Shown: piece by piece, positions 51,042 to 61,539 of the stretch
Position numbering within the stretch: the first letter of the stretch is position 1
How the letters are laid out: every line of letters begins with the position of its first letter
NCBI GenBank assembly: GCA_964388035.1
Contig: CAYLZE010000007.1
Span: 1-64,000, forward strand
Source of the DNA: an uncultured archaeon
Lineage (GTDB): Archaea > Asgardarchaeota > Lokiarchaeia > Sigyniarchaeales > SOKP01
Direction of reading: 5' to 3'
Length of the DNA stretch: 64,000 nt
Notes under the pieces: generated by a model
Told to the model about the DNA's origin: nothing
Databases searched by the model: none
What the model saw: only the letters and a program-made list of their open reading frames with translations
Made by a program: the position numbers and the translations under genes

Positions 51042-53396
51042 ATGCCCAAATGTTTATTCTGTGATTCTCAAAACATTGACTTTACGTGTGAGAAATGTGG
51101 ATCTTCTTTTTGTATCAATCATAATGTGTCAACGGAACAATGGCATTGTAAACGACATGATATATATTATTCCAAAGCAACTGCTACGGAAAATGGTTTT
51201 AAGTGTAATGTTGTGGAAGAAAGTAGATGTCCGGAATGCGGAGGCTCTTTAATGTTAGATAGACTCAAATCCGGACAATATTATCTAAAATGCACCAAAT
51301 GCGATTGGAATTCTTATCTTAAAACACCAGGCTTGTTTTTCCCGAGCAAAGAACAACTTGCCCGTGAAGCCCAAAGATATGGGCTGATAAGAGGACTAAA
51401 ATTGTGTGGGAAGAAATTAAGAAACGTGCCAGGGAAAGAAATCTGTCCTAATTGTTTTATTACCTTATTAAAAAGGTCTCCCATTACAAAATTTTCCACT
51501 CTAGCAGATACTTTTAATATCTCGAATCCACAAATAATAAAAGTTATCAATAAATTCATGGATGAAGAACGGATTTATGGAATAATTGACGAAGTACATC
51601 ACATGTTCTACTATATTTCCTCCGAGCTCCGTGAAAAAATCTTAACTAAGTTTCATGAAGATGGAATCATGAAAGTCTCGGATTTATCTGAAATGTTAGA
51701 TACTAATAACGATGCAGCCATTCAAGTAATTTACAAATTAATTAGCCGATTTCACATTAAAGGCTCCTTCTCCTTGGATAAAAAATATTATTATACTCAA
51801 AGTTATATTTTGGAGAATATTATTAAAAAAATCAAAGAGAAAGGACGAGTCCCGGTTCAAGAATTATCTAGCGAGTTTGGATTACCGCAAGAAAGAATTA
51901 AATCTTTTTGCGTAAATCTAATGAGGACAAAAGAAATTAATGCCTTTTTTGCGGATAAAGGAAATGAAGTTATTACCACAAATCAAATTACGAAAGAAAT
52001 CCTCAATTTTGCGGACCGAGAAGGACTATTTGAACTTTCACGATTAGCCAAAGATTTAAAAATTGCGGTGGAATTAGCCCGAAAAAGTCTTCATGATATC
52101 ATTAAAACCGGCAATATCAAAGGGATTTTTACCCAAAGAAGAGAATTCATGACACTTAAACACATGGAAAAAAAAATAAAGGAAATTGCAAAGGCTTATA
52201 GAACAATGCCCTTGAGAGAATTATCTAACCGATTGGGTGTCACTGAATCCAGTATTGAAGAAAATCTAGCGTTATTAATCAGCAGAAATGAAATTGATGG
52301 ATATATCGATATGGCACAAAAAGTCTTTGTTGCCTATAGTGTTTCCTCACCAGAAACGGCACGAGCTAAGCAGCTAACCGTTGAACATGAAGATGAGGGT
52401 CATATAAAGGTATTAAGAGACTATGATTTCGTGGGAGGACAAGTGAGATTTAAGGTCGTTGTAAAAAATAATAGCAACATGGCTATTAACAATGTAAAAG
52501 TCATCTTGGATGCTCCCACTAGTTATAAAATAAAAGATCCTCTCATTAATATTCCCGTAATTGAATCGGGAAATTCACGAGGAGTAGATTTCTATATTGA
52601 GCCAAAAGAATGCGGAATGTCAAATATCTCGGGAACGGTGATCTATAAAAATGCGAAAGGAGATCAACGAACAATTCATATTCGAAATAAAGAAGTTCAA
52701 ATCAAGTGTCCATTAGTGTGTACGGATTTATCAACCATCGAAGATTGCCAATTAGCAATACAAACCTTGCCAAATGATGCAAGAGCATTCTTAATTGCCG
52801 ATTTGGATCCTCGCTTGGCGTTTAGAGCGGGAATCAGAGCCTTAAAGACTTTTGAAACGAACATGGTCACCTCCTATGAAGGAGGAAATGCACAAAAAGA
52901 ATATGAGGCGGAAGCCTGGTTTTGCGCTGAAGCAAAGGTTACTGGAGGACGTATCATCACAAGAGTGTACGTATCTGCCGCAAGTGAATCATTGGAAATG
53001 AGAGTATGGTGCAATAACCCCGGACAGTTAACCGGTTTTTTAGCTAAAGCAATTGAAGTACTTTTCGAGGAAATTAACATCATTAGAAAAATTAAAAGCG
53101 AAGAAAGAGAAAAAACCTTAGATGTAATGGCAATAACTCAAAACCTTGCAGAAATCAGCGATTATTGCATGCTTCGCTGGAAAGCACAAAATATTCGCAC
53201 TAAACTACATGATACTTTTGTACGACTTCAGAAAGTGATAGGCGAAAATGAAGCTATTTTCGGAAGATTTGAATTTTGGCTGACCCGTTTGAATGCTTAT
53301 GAAAAGGATGATAATATCTCGGATGAAGACGCTGATAAACTTGTCAATGATGTGGAAAAATTCAAGGATCTCCTCGCACGTACTATAAAAATATAA
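51042..53396 (+). CDS. Multidomain protein: zinc fingers, tandem winged-helix (PCI/UFL1-like) repeats, adaptin-appendage-like C-terminus
   Basis: Cys/His-rich first ~140 aa; about five repeats of 'LS..L.....I..LI....I.G.F.....F'; then an Ig-like beta sandwich and an alpha/beta domain. ATG 51042 follows GGAGG. Confidence 0.8.
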   Translation: MPKCLFCDSQNIDFTCEKCGSSFCINHNVSTEQWHCKRHDIYYSKATATENGFKCNVVEESRCPECGGSLMLDRLKSGQYYLKCTKCDWNSYLKTPGLFFPSKEQLAREAQRYGLIRGLKLCGKKLRNVPGKEICPNCFITLLKRSPITKFSTLADTFNISNPQIIKVINKFMDEERIYGIIDEVHHMFYYISSELREKILTKFHEDGIMKVSDLSEMLDTNNDAAIQVIYKLISRFHIKGSFSLDKKYYYTQSYILENIIKKIKEKGRVPVQELSSEFGLPQERIKSFCVNLMRTKEINAFFADKGNEVITTNQITKEILNFADREGLFELSRLAKDLKIAVELARKSLHDIIKTGNIKGIFTQRREFMTLKHMEKKIKEIAKAYRTMPLRELSNRLGVTESSIEENLALLISRNEIDGYIDMAQKVFVAYSVSSPETARAKQLTVEHEDEGHIKVLRDYDFVGGQVRFKVVVKNNSNMAINNVKVILDAPTSYKIKDPLINIPVIESGNSRGVDFYIEPKECGMSNISGTVIYKNAKGDQRTIHIRNKEVQIKCPLVCTDLSTIEDCQLAIQTLPNDARAFLIADLDPRLAFRAGIRALKTFETNMVTSYEGGNAQKEYEAEAWFCAEAKVTGGRIITRVYVSAASESLEMRVWCNNPGQLTGFLAKAIEVLFEEINIIRKIKSEEREKTLDVMAITQNLAEISDYCMLRWKAQNIRTKLHDTFVRLQKVIGENEAIFGRFEFWLTRLNAYEKDDNISDEDADKLVNDVEKFKDLLARTIKI

Positions 53397-53762
53397 TTTA
53401 TTTCAATATCTTTTGTTTTACCTTTTTTAAAAAAATACTTGTAGTGTAAGAATTGTCCTGTTTTTCTTACTTAAGGATTACTTAGCAATTTAGTCTTAAA
53501 AAGATTAAGATCGATAATTGGACCATTCAAGATGTTTACAATGGAAAATTAAATATGTTACTTATAAGGGATTTTAGTAAAAATATGGCTTAATTTCCCT
53601 TCAAAAACATGAATGTAAAAATATTTTAAAAAAAATCAATTGAGTTATATAGAGAACATATATATAAGCATCATGATTAATTAACTAGTAATAGAAAAAA
53701 ATTATTATTGAATTAGTGTAAATTTAATAATAAATTAAAATTATAAAAAAGTCGGAATACTT

Positions 53763-54182
53763 ATGCCCATTATCAGTATCAGCCTTAATAAAAGTCTGGA
53801 AAAATTTATTAATAAATTAGTTTGCGACGACCAGTATCAAAATAAATCAAAAATAGTTCGAGATGCCTTGTTAAGGTTGATGTCCACCATGGACGTTTCC
53901 GATTCGATTGCGGAAGGATATGGCGAACTGGTCCCTATATCTAAAAACATCATGGGGAACATGATCATCATCGTTGAAAATGATGTTGAAATTCATAAAA
54001 AGTTAAATAAAATCGAGTTGGACTTCAAAGATCAAATTGTAAGTAAAACTCAGAATTTTTCTCCAAAAGAGAGCTTAATTTTCATAACATATGAAGGAAC
54101 AGTAAAAGATTTCCAAAGAATGGTCGTGGAGATCAATAGCATAAAAGAATTAAAGAACTTTCGTTATTTAATTGTAAATTAA
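53763..54182 (+). CDS. Ribbon-helix-helix (CopG/NikR-like) regulator
   Basis: MPIISISL...YQNKSKIVRDAL RHH motif followed by an ACT-like domain. Confidence 0.85.
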   Translation: MPIISISLNKSLEKFINKLVCDDQYQNKSKIVRDALLRLMSTMDVSDSIAEGYGELVPISKNIMGNMIIIVENDVEIHKKLNKIELDFKDQIVSKTQNFSPKESLIFITYEGTVKDFQRMVVEINSIKELKNFRYLIVN

Positions 54183-54348
54183 ATTTAATTGCTTTAAGAT
54201 TAAATCTAACCTACTTTTTCTTGTTCACCCCATTTTTATTTAATTAAAGTTAGGACGTAAATAAAATTGATATCTAGTTTTTATTTCTTTCTTTCACGTT
54301 AGTTTAACTTTCAAAGTTTATTTGACATTCATTGTTAATTTTATTATC

Positions 54349-54708
54349 ATGGGAAAAAATAAATATGGAAAGGGATACCAAGATAAGAAAAGTACCTCAG
54401 AAAGTTCCGGTAAAAGTGGAGGTGCACCCATTAAAGGAGGAAAAATAAAAGCGTCTCATATTCTCGTGGATAAGTTGAGCCAAGCGCAAGATATACATGA
54501 ACAACTTCTTTCGGGAGCAGACTTTGCAGACCTTGCAAAAAAATATTCTACTTGTTCAAGTAGAAAGAAAGGTGGAGATTTAGGAGCATTTCCTAAAGGA
54601 ACCATGGTACCCGAATTTTGGGATGCTTGCGTGAAACTGAACATTAACCAAATTTCCACTCCCGTGAAATCCAGGTTTGGATATCACATCATTAAACGTA
54701 CGGGATGA
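54349..54708 (+). CDS. Parvulin-type peptidyl-prolyl isomerase with basic N-terminal extension
   Basis: ASHILV, F.DLAKKYSTC.S..KGGDLG.F..G.MVPEF, PVKSRFGYHII. Confidence 0.95.
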   Translation: MGKNKYGKGYQDKKSTSESSGKSGGAPIKGGKIKASHILVDKLSQAQDIHEQLLSGADFADLAKKYSTCSSRKKGGDLGAFPKGTMVPEFWDACVKLNINQISTPVKSRFGYHIIKRTG

Positions 54709-54734
54709 TTTCTTTAATTCTTATAGCATTAAAA

Positions 54735-54839
54735 TAGTCCCGCCCGGATTTGAACCGGGGTCTCGGGATTTCTCCACGTCCGAACGGCTAATAAGAACAT
54801 TTCAGAGTCCCAAATGCTTGGCCGCTACACCACGGGACT
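54735..54839 (-). tRNA. tRNA-Gln(CUG) with 32-nt intron at 37/38 (54770..54801)
   Basis: AGTCCCG/CGGGACT acceptor stem (A1-U72), anticodon CTG at 54805-54803, GTTCAAATC T-loop. Full BHB motif (CTCT/GGAG helix, GAA and AAA bulges). CCA not encoded. Confidence 0.96.
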
Positions 54840-55917
54840 TGAGTATTTATTTAAGCAATAAAGTAATAAGGAATTACTCGAATTATTGAAGTCAAATTCA
54901 TAGATAAAAATACTTTAAATTGTATAATTTAACGAAATATTAATTTTTTGTTATTTTTTTTCTTTACTCGTCCTCGAAAAATATTATTATAATGCCAAAT
55001 AATGAGAAAGTGAACCTACATGTCTAAAAATTAAGAAAACTCTAAATTCACTAGAGATAATTGTTTTATGTCCTTTGATCTTTGCTGAATAAAAAAAGAG
55101 ACCTTTCGATATGGTTTTAAGCCCAATTATAATTATTATTAACCTATTAATATGCTTCAATAGTTAGAATTAGTTAAGGCGTAAAAAAAAGATCCCATAT
55201 GTATCCCCTCGTTTTAAGGAGCAAAATAGTTAAATTATCCATGTATGGGTAGCCAATTCAATCATTAAAATCTCAATTGTTTGAAATCCCTTTGCTACAG
55301 CTAATGGAACTCGAAAGAAAATTTGAATACTTCAATTATATTGGTCTTCTCGAAAACATAGAATCTTGAAAATAGAAATGCAAATGGAAATTTCATTTTA
55401 ATAGTGGTCTTAAATTCAGATGAATGATTTCTTAGAACATAAGTTTTTTTCGAATATTTTTGATAATTTATATATATTAAAGATAGATTTATTAACGTTT
55501 ATATCTATTTTATTACTAGGATTACACATTCATGGAGAATCGAAAAAGAGAGATTCAGTTTTAAAAACTTATTTTTTAACCCTTTTTTAGGAAAAAAAAC
55601 CCCGTGACTTACTTAAAAAGACTGAAAAAAAAACCCTAAAAACTGGATAATCTTTAAAATTCTCCAGTGTAATCCGCTTTAATAATTATTTAAATTCTAT
55701 TATTTAAAATTGATGTAATATACAAACATGTATGATATTTGATCTGAAGCATGTTATTCCTTTTACCCATTGAAATTATTTATAATTAGGTTATGTAGAG
55801 TATTGTTCTTTTTCTAGGTGTTAAGCAATGCTATAGTGAATCAGAATAAAGATTTATCCCTGCCCAAGCACAAATTAGAATTTTTTGAATTCAAATGCAA
55901 GGTAAAAAAATTGCAGT

Positions 55918-57150
55918 TTAATCTAAACTTTTCGTTATAGATTTATAGACATGTTTAAAATATTTATCACTCATCCCCGACACGTAATCTCGAACAATGA
56001 GAGGCAAGTTTCCTTCTTTTCGAAGCGGCTCGTAATATGTTGAATATTTTTCATCATCAATATACTCTATGTGATCCTTGAAAATAGGAGCTTCATAATT
56101 TTGTTCTATCAAATCCTTGAGACTAGTATCAAAAATAAGTTCAAATTTTTTTTTCAATTCTTCTAAATAAGTTTGATTCGAGTTTTCTTGTTTCACGAAA
56201 AGATCTCTCCTGAGATATACATTTTCGTGATTAAAAATTTTTAGTTCTCTTAAAGCTTCAAAGATTTGTTGAGAATAACCTATGGAGTCATTATCAAAGC
56301 TAAAAGTAAGGAGGTCCATGATTAAAGTATTCATGATACTGCGATTCGTGTCCCCCAAAATTTCCCGACATCTATTAGGAATATCCTCTCGTTTTATAAA
56401 ATTTAATAGAATAGCATCTTCCAGATCCCTTCCAATATATGAAATGGTATCTGCAAATCGGACTGCAATCCCTTCATAAGACATCGGAATTCTTTTAATT
56501 TTATGGTCTCCGAAACAATCTTCATATTCCTTCTCATGATCGTTCCATGTTTTTCCATTAATTTTAGTGGGTTTTAATTTCTGCTCATTAATTTCTCCAT
56601 CATGACATAAGATGCCATCCAGAACTTGTAGAGTCAAGTTCAATCCTTTTGCGGGTTGCTTGGGAAAGCGCCTTTCTAAATAGGATAGCCATCTAACGCT
56701 TTGGGCATTATGGCTGAAACTTTTCATGCCATTTTTCCTGCTAATTTCATCCAAAATTCTCTCTCCTAAATGTCCAAAAGGACTATGTCCAACATCATGC
56801 CCTAAAGCAATGGCCTCAATTAAATCATTATTTAATTTTAATACTCTACCAATTTGCCTAGAAATTCTTGAAACGAGAATCACATGTAAAGACCGATGGG
56901 TAATATTGGCATTGTTAATTTCAAAAAATACTTGAGTTTTATCAATATATCTCGCATAGGCTTTGCTATGGACGATTCTATCTACATCTCTAAAAAAAGG
57001 GGGCCTAATATCTTTATAGCCTCTTTCCTCTTCATCTTCTTCATATAATCGGGAGGCTTGAGAATCTAAAATGCCATGTGGAGCAATATCAGAATCTTTT
57101 CTTAATCGAACACGCAATTGTTCAATCATTTTTTGATCCATATTTAGCAC
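55918..57150 (-). CDS. HD-domain dGTP triphosphohydrolase-like protein
   Basis: R.PFFRDVDRIVHS.A, KTQVF, R.LH, ALGHDVGHSPFGH.GE, ADTISY...DLEDA, DYVSGMSD. Likely start ATG 57141. Confidence 0.92.
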   Translation of the reverse strand: MLNMDQKMIEQLRVRLRKDSDIAPHGILDSQASRLYEEDEEERGYKDIRPPFFRDVDRIVHSKAYARYIDKTQVFFEINNANITHRSLHVILVSRISRQIGRVLKLNNDLIEAIALGHDVGHSPFGHLGERILDEISRKNGMKSFSHNAQSVRWLSYLERRFPKQPAKGLNLTLQVLDGILCHDGEINEQKLKPTKINGKTWNDHEKEYEDCFGDHKIKRIPMSYEGIAVRFADTISYIGRDLEDAILLNFIKREDIPNRCREILGDTNRSIMNTLIMDLLTFSFDNDSIGYSQQIFEALRELKIFNHENVYLRRDLFVKQENSNQTYLEELKKKFELIFDTSLKDLIEQNYEAPIFKDHIEYIDDEKYSTYYEPLRKEGNLPLIVRDYVSGMSDKYFKHVYKSITKSLD

Positions 57151-57259
57151 CTTGGATGGAAATTACTTATATTTATACTTTACCTTGGATTTTGGGATTG
57201 AATTAAATTCAAGGTCACATGGCTTGTGTAATATTAAAGAATAAAAGATATTCATAAAA

Positions 57260-58213
57260 TTACCCAAATTTTATTTCAATAGCTAAATGTGGGCATTGTT
57301 CTTTGCACGTTAAACAGAGATTACATTCCCCTTTTCCATTAAAGAACTCAAAGGGTTCATCTAAAATGCGGATTTGTTTAGGACACACTTTTTCACATAT
57401 TCCACAATTGGCTCTGCCCACGCATCTCACGGGACTTCGGGATAATTTTAAAAAAGAATAATTGCCAATGTATGCAGCAAAAGCTCCGAATGGGCACAAA
57501 TACTTACAATAGGCTCTTGGATACCAGACGGAAATAACAATGACGATTAAATAATAAATAAATATGAAAAAAGTTAGAAAATCCTTAAATAAAGATTGTA
57601 AATTGGCTTGCTTTAAAATTTGTTGGATTAGATTGGGAAGAAAATAGAAAAGATATTCGGACAGAGAAAAATATCCCATGGGCTTATTTCCAAGAGCACC
57701 CAGATTATCCCTAAAACTTTGATAAAACTCAGGATCTGTATTATAAGTAAACGCTAAAGGAATGGTGATAATGAATAAAAGAATTAGTATAAATTTTTTA
57801 ATTCGAACAAGGAAATTGTGCATGTCTTTTGACACCGTTTTTTTATTTTTAGTGGGAATCGCCACTAACGCATCTTGAATTGCCCCTATAGGACAAATCC
57901 ACCCACAAAAGAATCGGCTGGTAAATAGCAAAATTAAGACGAGCGCGCCTATCAAAAACCAGGGATAAATTCCCTCCGTTAGGGAGAAAAAAATAAATTC
58001 TAAAAAACCAGCGCCATCTGAAAGATGATTTCTGGGAGAATTTAAGATAGGTAAGATTTTAATTAAAACATCATATTCAGAAAGGTTGATCGAGAAAATA
58101 TATTCTATGATAACAAAATTGATTACAATAAATGCAATAATTTGAATGACATGTCGAATTTTCGTGGTAACATGTTCCGTGAATTTCATTTTCTTAAGAG
58201 TCAATACATCCAC
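57260..58213 (-). CDS. NapH/MauN-type 4Fe-4S membrane protein
   Basis: RFFCGWICPIG, YCKYLCPFG and two C-terminal ferredoxin motifs. Confidence 0.9.
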   Translation of the reverse strand: MDVLTLKKMKFTEHVTTKIRHVIQIIAFIVINFVIIEYIFSINLSEYDVLIKILPILNSPRNHLSDGAGFLEFIFFSLTEGIYPWFLIGALVLILLFTSRFFCGWICPIGAIQDALVAIPTKNKKTVSKDMHNFLVRIKKFILILLFIITIPLAFTYNTDPEFYQSFRDNLGALGNKPMGYFSLSEYLFYFLPNLIQQILKQANLQSLFKDFLTFFIFIYYLIVIVISVWYPRAYCKYLCPFGAFAAYIGNYSFLKLSRSPVRCVGRANCGICEKVCPKQIRILDEPFEFFNGKGECNLCLTCKEQCPHLAIEIKFG

Positions 58214-58371
58214 TACAAACCAAGTTTAAATTATTTAATCTTTGTTTTTTAAAAAAAATTCTCATAATCACATTAATCTTTAAGATAACTTGAACGATTA
58301 TCTTAAAATTATTAAATAGAATTATGAGTTGGACGGTAAAATTAGGTATTAAGAATAAATTTTTAATATTA

Positions 58372-60282
58372 TTATCTCAATAAGATCGTTTCACAATTTC
58401 GCATTGCTTTGGTCGCCTTCCTGAGCTTTTTGTGCACCATCGTGGAAAGACTAATTGTTTTACTCTCCTCTCCGTGATTAGTTAAAACTACTTTAGGGCG
58501 GGGTTGAATTCTTCTGAGGAATTGCGATATTTGGGATCTTGATGAGTGCCCACTAAATCCTTCTAATGTAAAACTATTAAGATTTAATCTTACTAATTGT
58601 GTTCTCCCCTTTTCATCCACGTATTGGAATTCCTTGAATCCTTTTTGTATTCTATTACCTAATGTTCCCGCAACTTGATAAGAAACAAAGACCAAGGAAC
58701 TATTTTTATCTTCAGCCAATCCTTTTAGATATTGAACAGATGGGCCTCCAATAAGCATTCCACTGGTAGCCATGATGACGCATGGACCTCCCCCAAGAAT
58801 ATCTAATCGTTCTTGATGCGTATTAACGGTGGTGAATAAATCACTGAGAAAGGGATTTTTTCCTTGATGTAATATTTTTTCCCGTAAATCGCTGCTTAGA
58901 AAATCGGGATTGGCAGTGTGGATTGCGGTTGCTTCTGCAATTAACCCGTCTAAAAACACGGGAACTTTATCGATTAATCCTTTTGAAATAAATTCTTCCA
59001 GGACAATAATTAACTCTTGTGCTCTTCCTACTGCCAAGACAGGGATCAATATTTTTCCACCTCTATTAATGGTAGAATTAACGATTTGTCGGAATTCTTT
59101 TTCAGAATCTTGCCTGCTAGGGATTCTATCTTGGGGTCCACCATAAGTAGATTCAATTAATAGACCCTCAACTCTTGGGAATTTTACATTTGCTTTCTCT
59201 AATAGCCTTGTTTTTTGATATTTCATATCTCCCGTATATACGAAATTAAATCCTCCTTTTCCGAAATGTAGGTGTATCATGGAAGAACCAAGAATATGAC
59301 CAGAATTATGAAGAGTTAATTTAATGTCAGGAGCAATATCCGTTACTTTTCCCCAAGATAATGGGATAGTATGAAGTACCGTGGTTTTAACATCACGTTT
59401 TGAATACGGAGGTACCACTCCTTCCTTTTCACAAATTTGCACGAAATCTAATTGTAGCATGGTGGATAAATTACGGGTGGGTAGAGTACAATAAACTGGT
59501 CCCCGATATCCGTATTTATAGAGAAAGGGAACCATTCCACAATGGTCTAAGTGTGCATGAGATACTACCACAGCATCTAAATCTCTTACACTGAATTCGG
59601 GTAATTCAAAATGGGGAAACATTTCCGAATTATTACCCACATTTAATCCACAATCTAAGAGTACATTACTATCTCTAGTTTGCATCAAGATGCACGATCT
59701 TCCGACTTCTCTAAAACCTCCCAAGGTGGTTAAACGAATATTCAGATCATTAAAAAGTACGGGCCTATGAATCCTTTTTCCAATTCTTAGTAAAATATCC
59801 TTTTGAGTTTGTCTTTCATTTGCAAGCATCTTTCTTATTAAAGTGATGGTTTTTGATTCTAAAGGCGGGGTTCGGATGGTTTTAGGTTGCCAAAACGTAT
59901 TAGTTCGAATTTCCTTTAGATTAACTCCTTTTTTTCCAATCACGATACCGGGTTTCCCGCTTTCAATTATTACCTCGCCCCTAGTATGATCAAATTCAAT
60001 CGCAGATACTTCTGCCGCTTCGCCAACAAGATTTCGTATATATGCTTCTGTTTCGGCTGGATCTTTCCTTTCTTCTACGTTCCATCGAAATACAATTCGC
60101 TTTCGCATTTTTTTGGCAAGTTCTTTTAATACCGAACTATTTTCAATGGATTCGGTATCATGATTTGAACTATATACCGCAATTTCCGGACCTTCAAATT
60201 CAATGCGATGTACATCGACATCAGGAGGAAGACTTTGAATAATTTGGTCCTTTATTTTCTGTAATGCAATATCTACTGACAT
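58372..60282 (-). CDS. fttA: Beta-CASP ribonuclease aCPSF1 (transcription termination factor FttA)
   Basis: Two KH domains (IEFEGP, GIVIGKKG), GGFREVGRSC, SHAHLDH, SGHILGS, ESTYG, GFSGHS, HGE. Confidence 0.96.
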   Translation of the reverse strand: MSVDIALQKIKDQIIQSLPPDVDVHRIEFEGPEIAVYSSNHDTESIENSSVLKELAKKMRKRIVFRWNVEERKDPAETEAYIRNLVGEAAEVSAIEFDHTRGEVIIESGKPGIVIGKKGVNLKEIRTNTFWQPKTIRTPPLESKTITLIRKMLANERQTQKDILLRIGKRIHRPVLFNDLNIRLTTLGGFREVGRSCILMQTRDSNVLLDCGLNVGNNSEMFPHFELPEFSVRDLDAVVVSHAHLDHCGMVPFLYKYGYRGPVYCTLPTRNLSTMLQLDFVQICEKEGVVPPYSKRDVKTTVLHTIPLSWGKVTDIAPDIKLTLHNSGHILGSSMIHLHFGKGGFNFVYTGDMKYQKTRLLEKANVKFPRVEGLLIESTYGGPQDRIPSRQDSEKEFRQIVNSTINRGGKILIPVLAVGRAQELIIVLEEFISKGLIDKVPVFLDGLIAEATAIHTANPDFLSSDLREKILHQGKNPFLSDLFTTVNTHQERLDILGGGPCVIMATSGMLIGGPSVQYLKGLAEDKNSSLVFVSYQVAGTLGNRIQKGFKEFQYVDEKGRTQLVRLNLNSFTLEGFSGHSSRSQISQFLRRIQPRPKVVLTNHGEESKTISLSTMVHKKLRKATKAMRNCETILLR

Positions 60283-60872
60283 TGGGATTATTAAGGTTAT
60301 CTTCTCTTTTTTTAGTATAATTTCTTTAGGAATTAATAATAACGCTTTTGAATTTCTTAGTATCTAATTATTTTCAAAATATTAGATTAAATATGATGAT
60401 TAATAATATTCTTTTTAATTAACTCGTATTAGTTAATTGGCGTGTAGATATGGTTTTATTTGCTTTAATAATTAGGTAGCGTGTCAAAACGCTAATTTCA
60501 GCGTTAATAAAACAAATTCAAAAAGAAATTATTTCTTAATTTCTACTTAAAATAAAACATAAAATAAATAAAAACCTTTCCATTTACTTGAGAAAAACCT
60601 TTACCCTTAATAAGATCCACTGAAGGACAATTTGTTAATTATCTGGTTAAAATTTGTTTTTCCTCCATTAATTATCTTTAATGCCTTCATGATTCAAAAT
60701 TTAAGGTGTTATTATTTCAAGGGTAATTCAACCTTTACTGGTTATTTCACTCGATATCTTGGGTCAAACTCTTATAATTTTGAAACATCTATACTCAGAT
60801 TTTAATCTGAAGATAATGGATAATTCTCCTTTGATACAAAATTTTTTTATATATAAAAATTACAGATGAAAT

Positions 60873-61505
60873 ATGGACAAGGTGAAAATTGGAGCTATAG
60901 CTTCTGGATCGGGGTCTAATTTTGAAGCTGTTGTTAAGGCATGTGAAACGGGAATTTTAAAGAATAAGGCAACCGTGGAAGTGCTAATTTGTAATAAAGC
61001 AGGAGCGTATTGCATGGAGAGAGCTAAAAGCCATTTAATCCCATATTATTTAATAGAATCAAGCGAGCATGAGGGGACGAGAGAAGAATTTGATGCAAAA
61101 ATGGTTCACGTTTTAAAAAAACACGAGTGTACTTTGGCCATTTTAGCGGGATACATGAGATTTGTAAGCCAATATTTTATTGAGGCGTTTAAGGGTAACG
61201 TCATGAATATTCATCCCGCTCTATTACCTTCGTTTAAAGGCATGCATGCCCATAGGGATGTTCTAAATTATGGCGTGAAAGTTTCGGGATGCACTGTTCA
61301 TTTTATTGATGCAAAGGAGGATCACGGTCCGATTATCATACAAAAGTGCGTGCCCGTTTATGATACTGACACGGAAGTAACTTTAGGAGCAAGAGTGTTG
61401 GAATTTGAACATAAAATTTTTCCTAAGGCAATTGAACTTTTTTGCGATAATCGGCTTCATGTAGATGGAAGAATAGTACGAGTTGATGGAGAAGTTACTT
61501 TATAG
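60873..61505 (+). CDS. purN: Phosphoribosylglycinamide formyltransferase
   Basis: SGSGSNFEA, LAGYMR, NIHPALLPSF.G, GCTVHF, DHGPII.Q, EH. Confidence 0.96.
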   Translation: MDKVKIGAIASGSGSNFEAVVKACETGILKNKATVEVLICNKAGAYCMERAKSHLIPYYLIESSEHEGTREEFDAKMVHVLKKHECTLAILAGYMRFVSQYFIEAFKGNVMNIHPALLPSFKGMHAHRDVLNYGVKVSGCTVHFIDAKEDHGPIIIQKCVPVYDTDTEVTLGARVLEFEHKIFPKAIELFCDNRLHVDGRIVRVDGEVTL

Positions 61506-61539
61506 AGAACTTAATTTATCATCTTTTTTTTAATATATT

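Noticed and set aside
54677-54889. 70-aa ORF
   Set aside because: Antisense to tRNA-Gln.
54840-55917. ~1.1-kb gene-free stretch next to a tRNA (possible island scar or ncRNA)
   Set aside because: It lies on the 5' side of the tRNA; I found no att duplication, integrase remnant, repeat array or recognisable frame.
60283-60872. Long leader of aCPSF1 with two overlapping 6-bp hairpins near 60477-60506
   Set aside because: Stems too short to support a riboswitch or attenuator call; no psmB remnant recognised.
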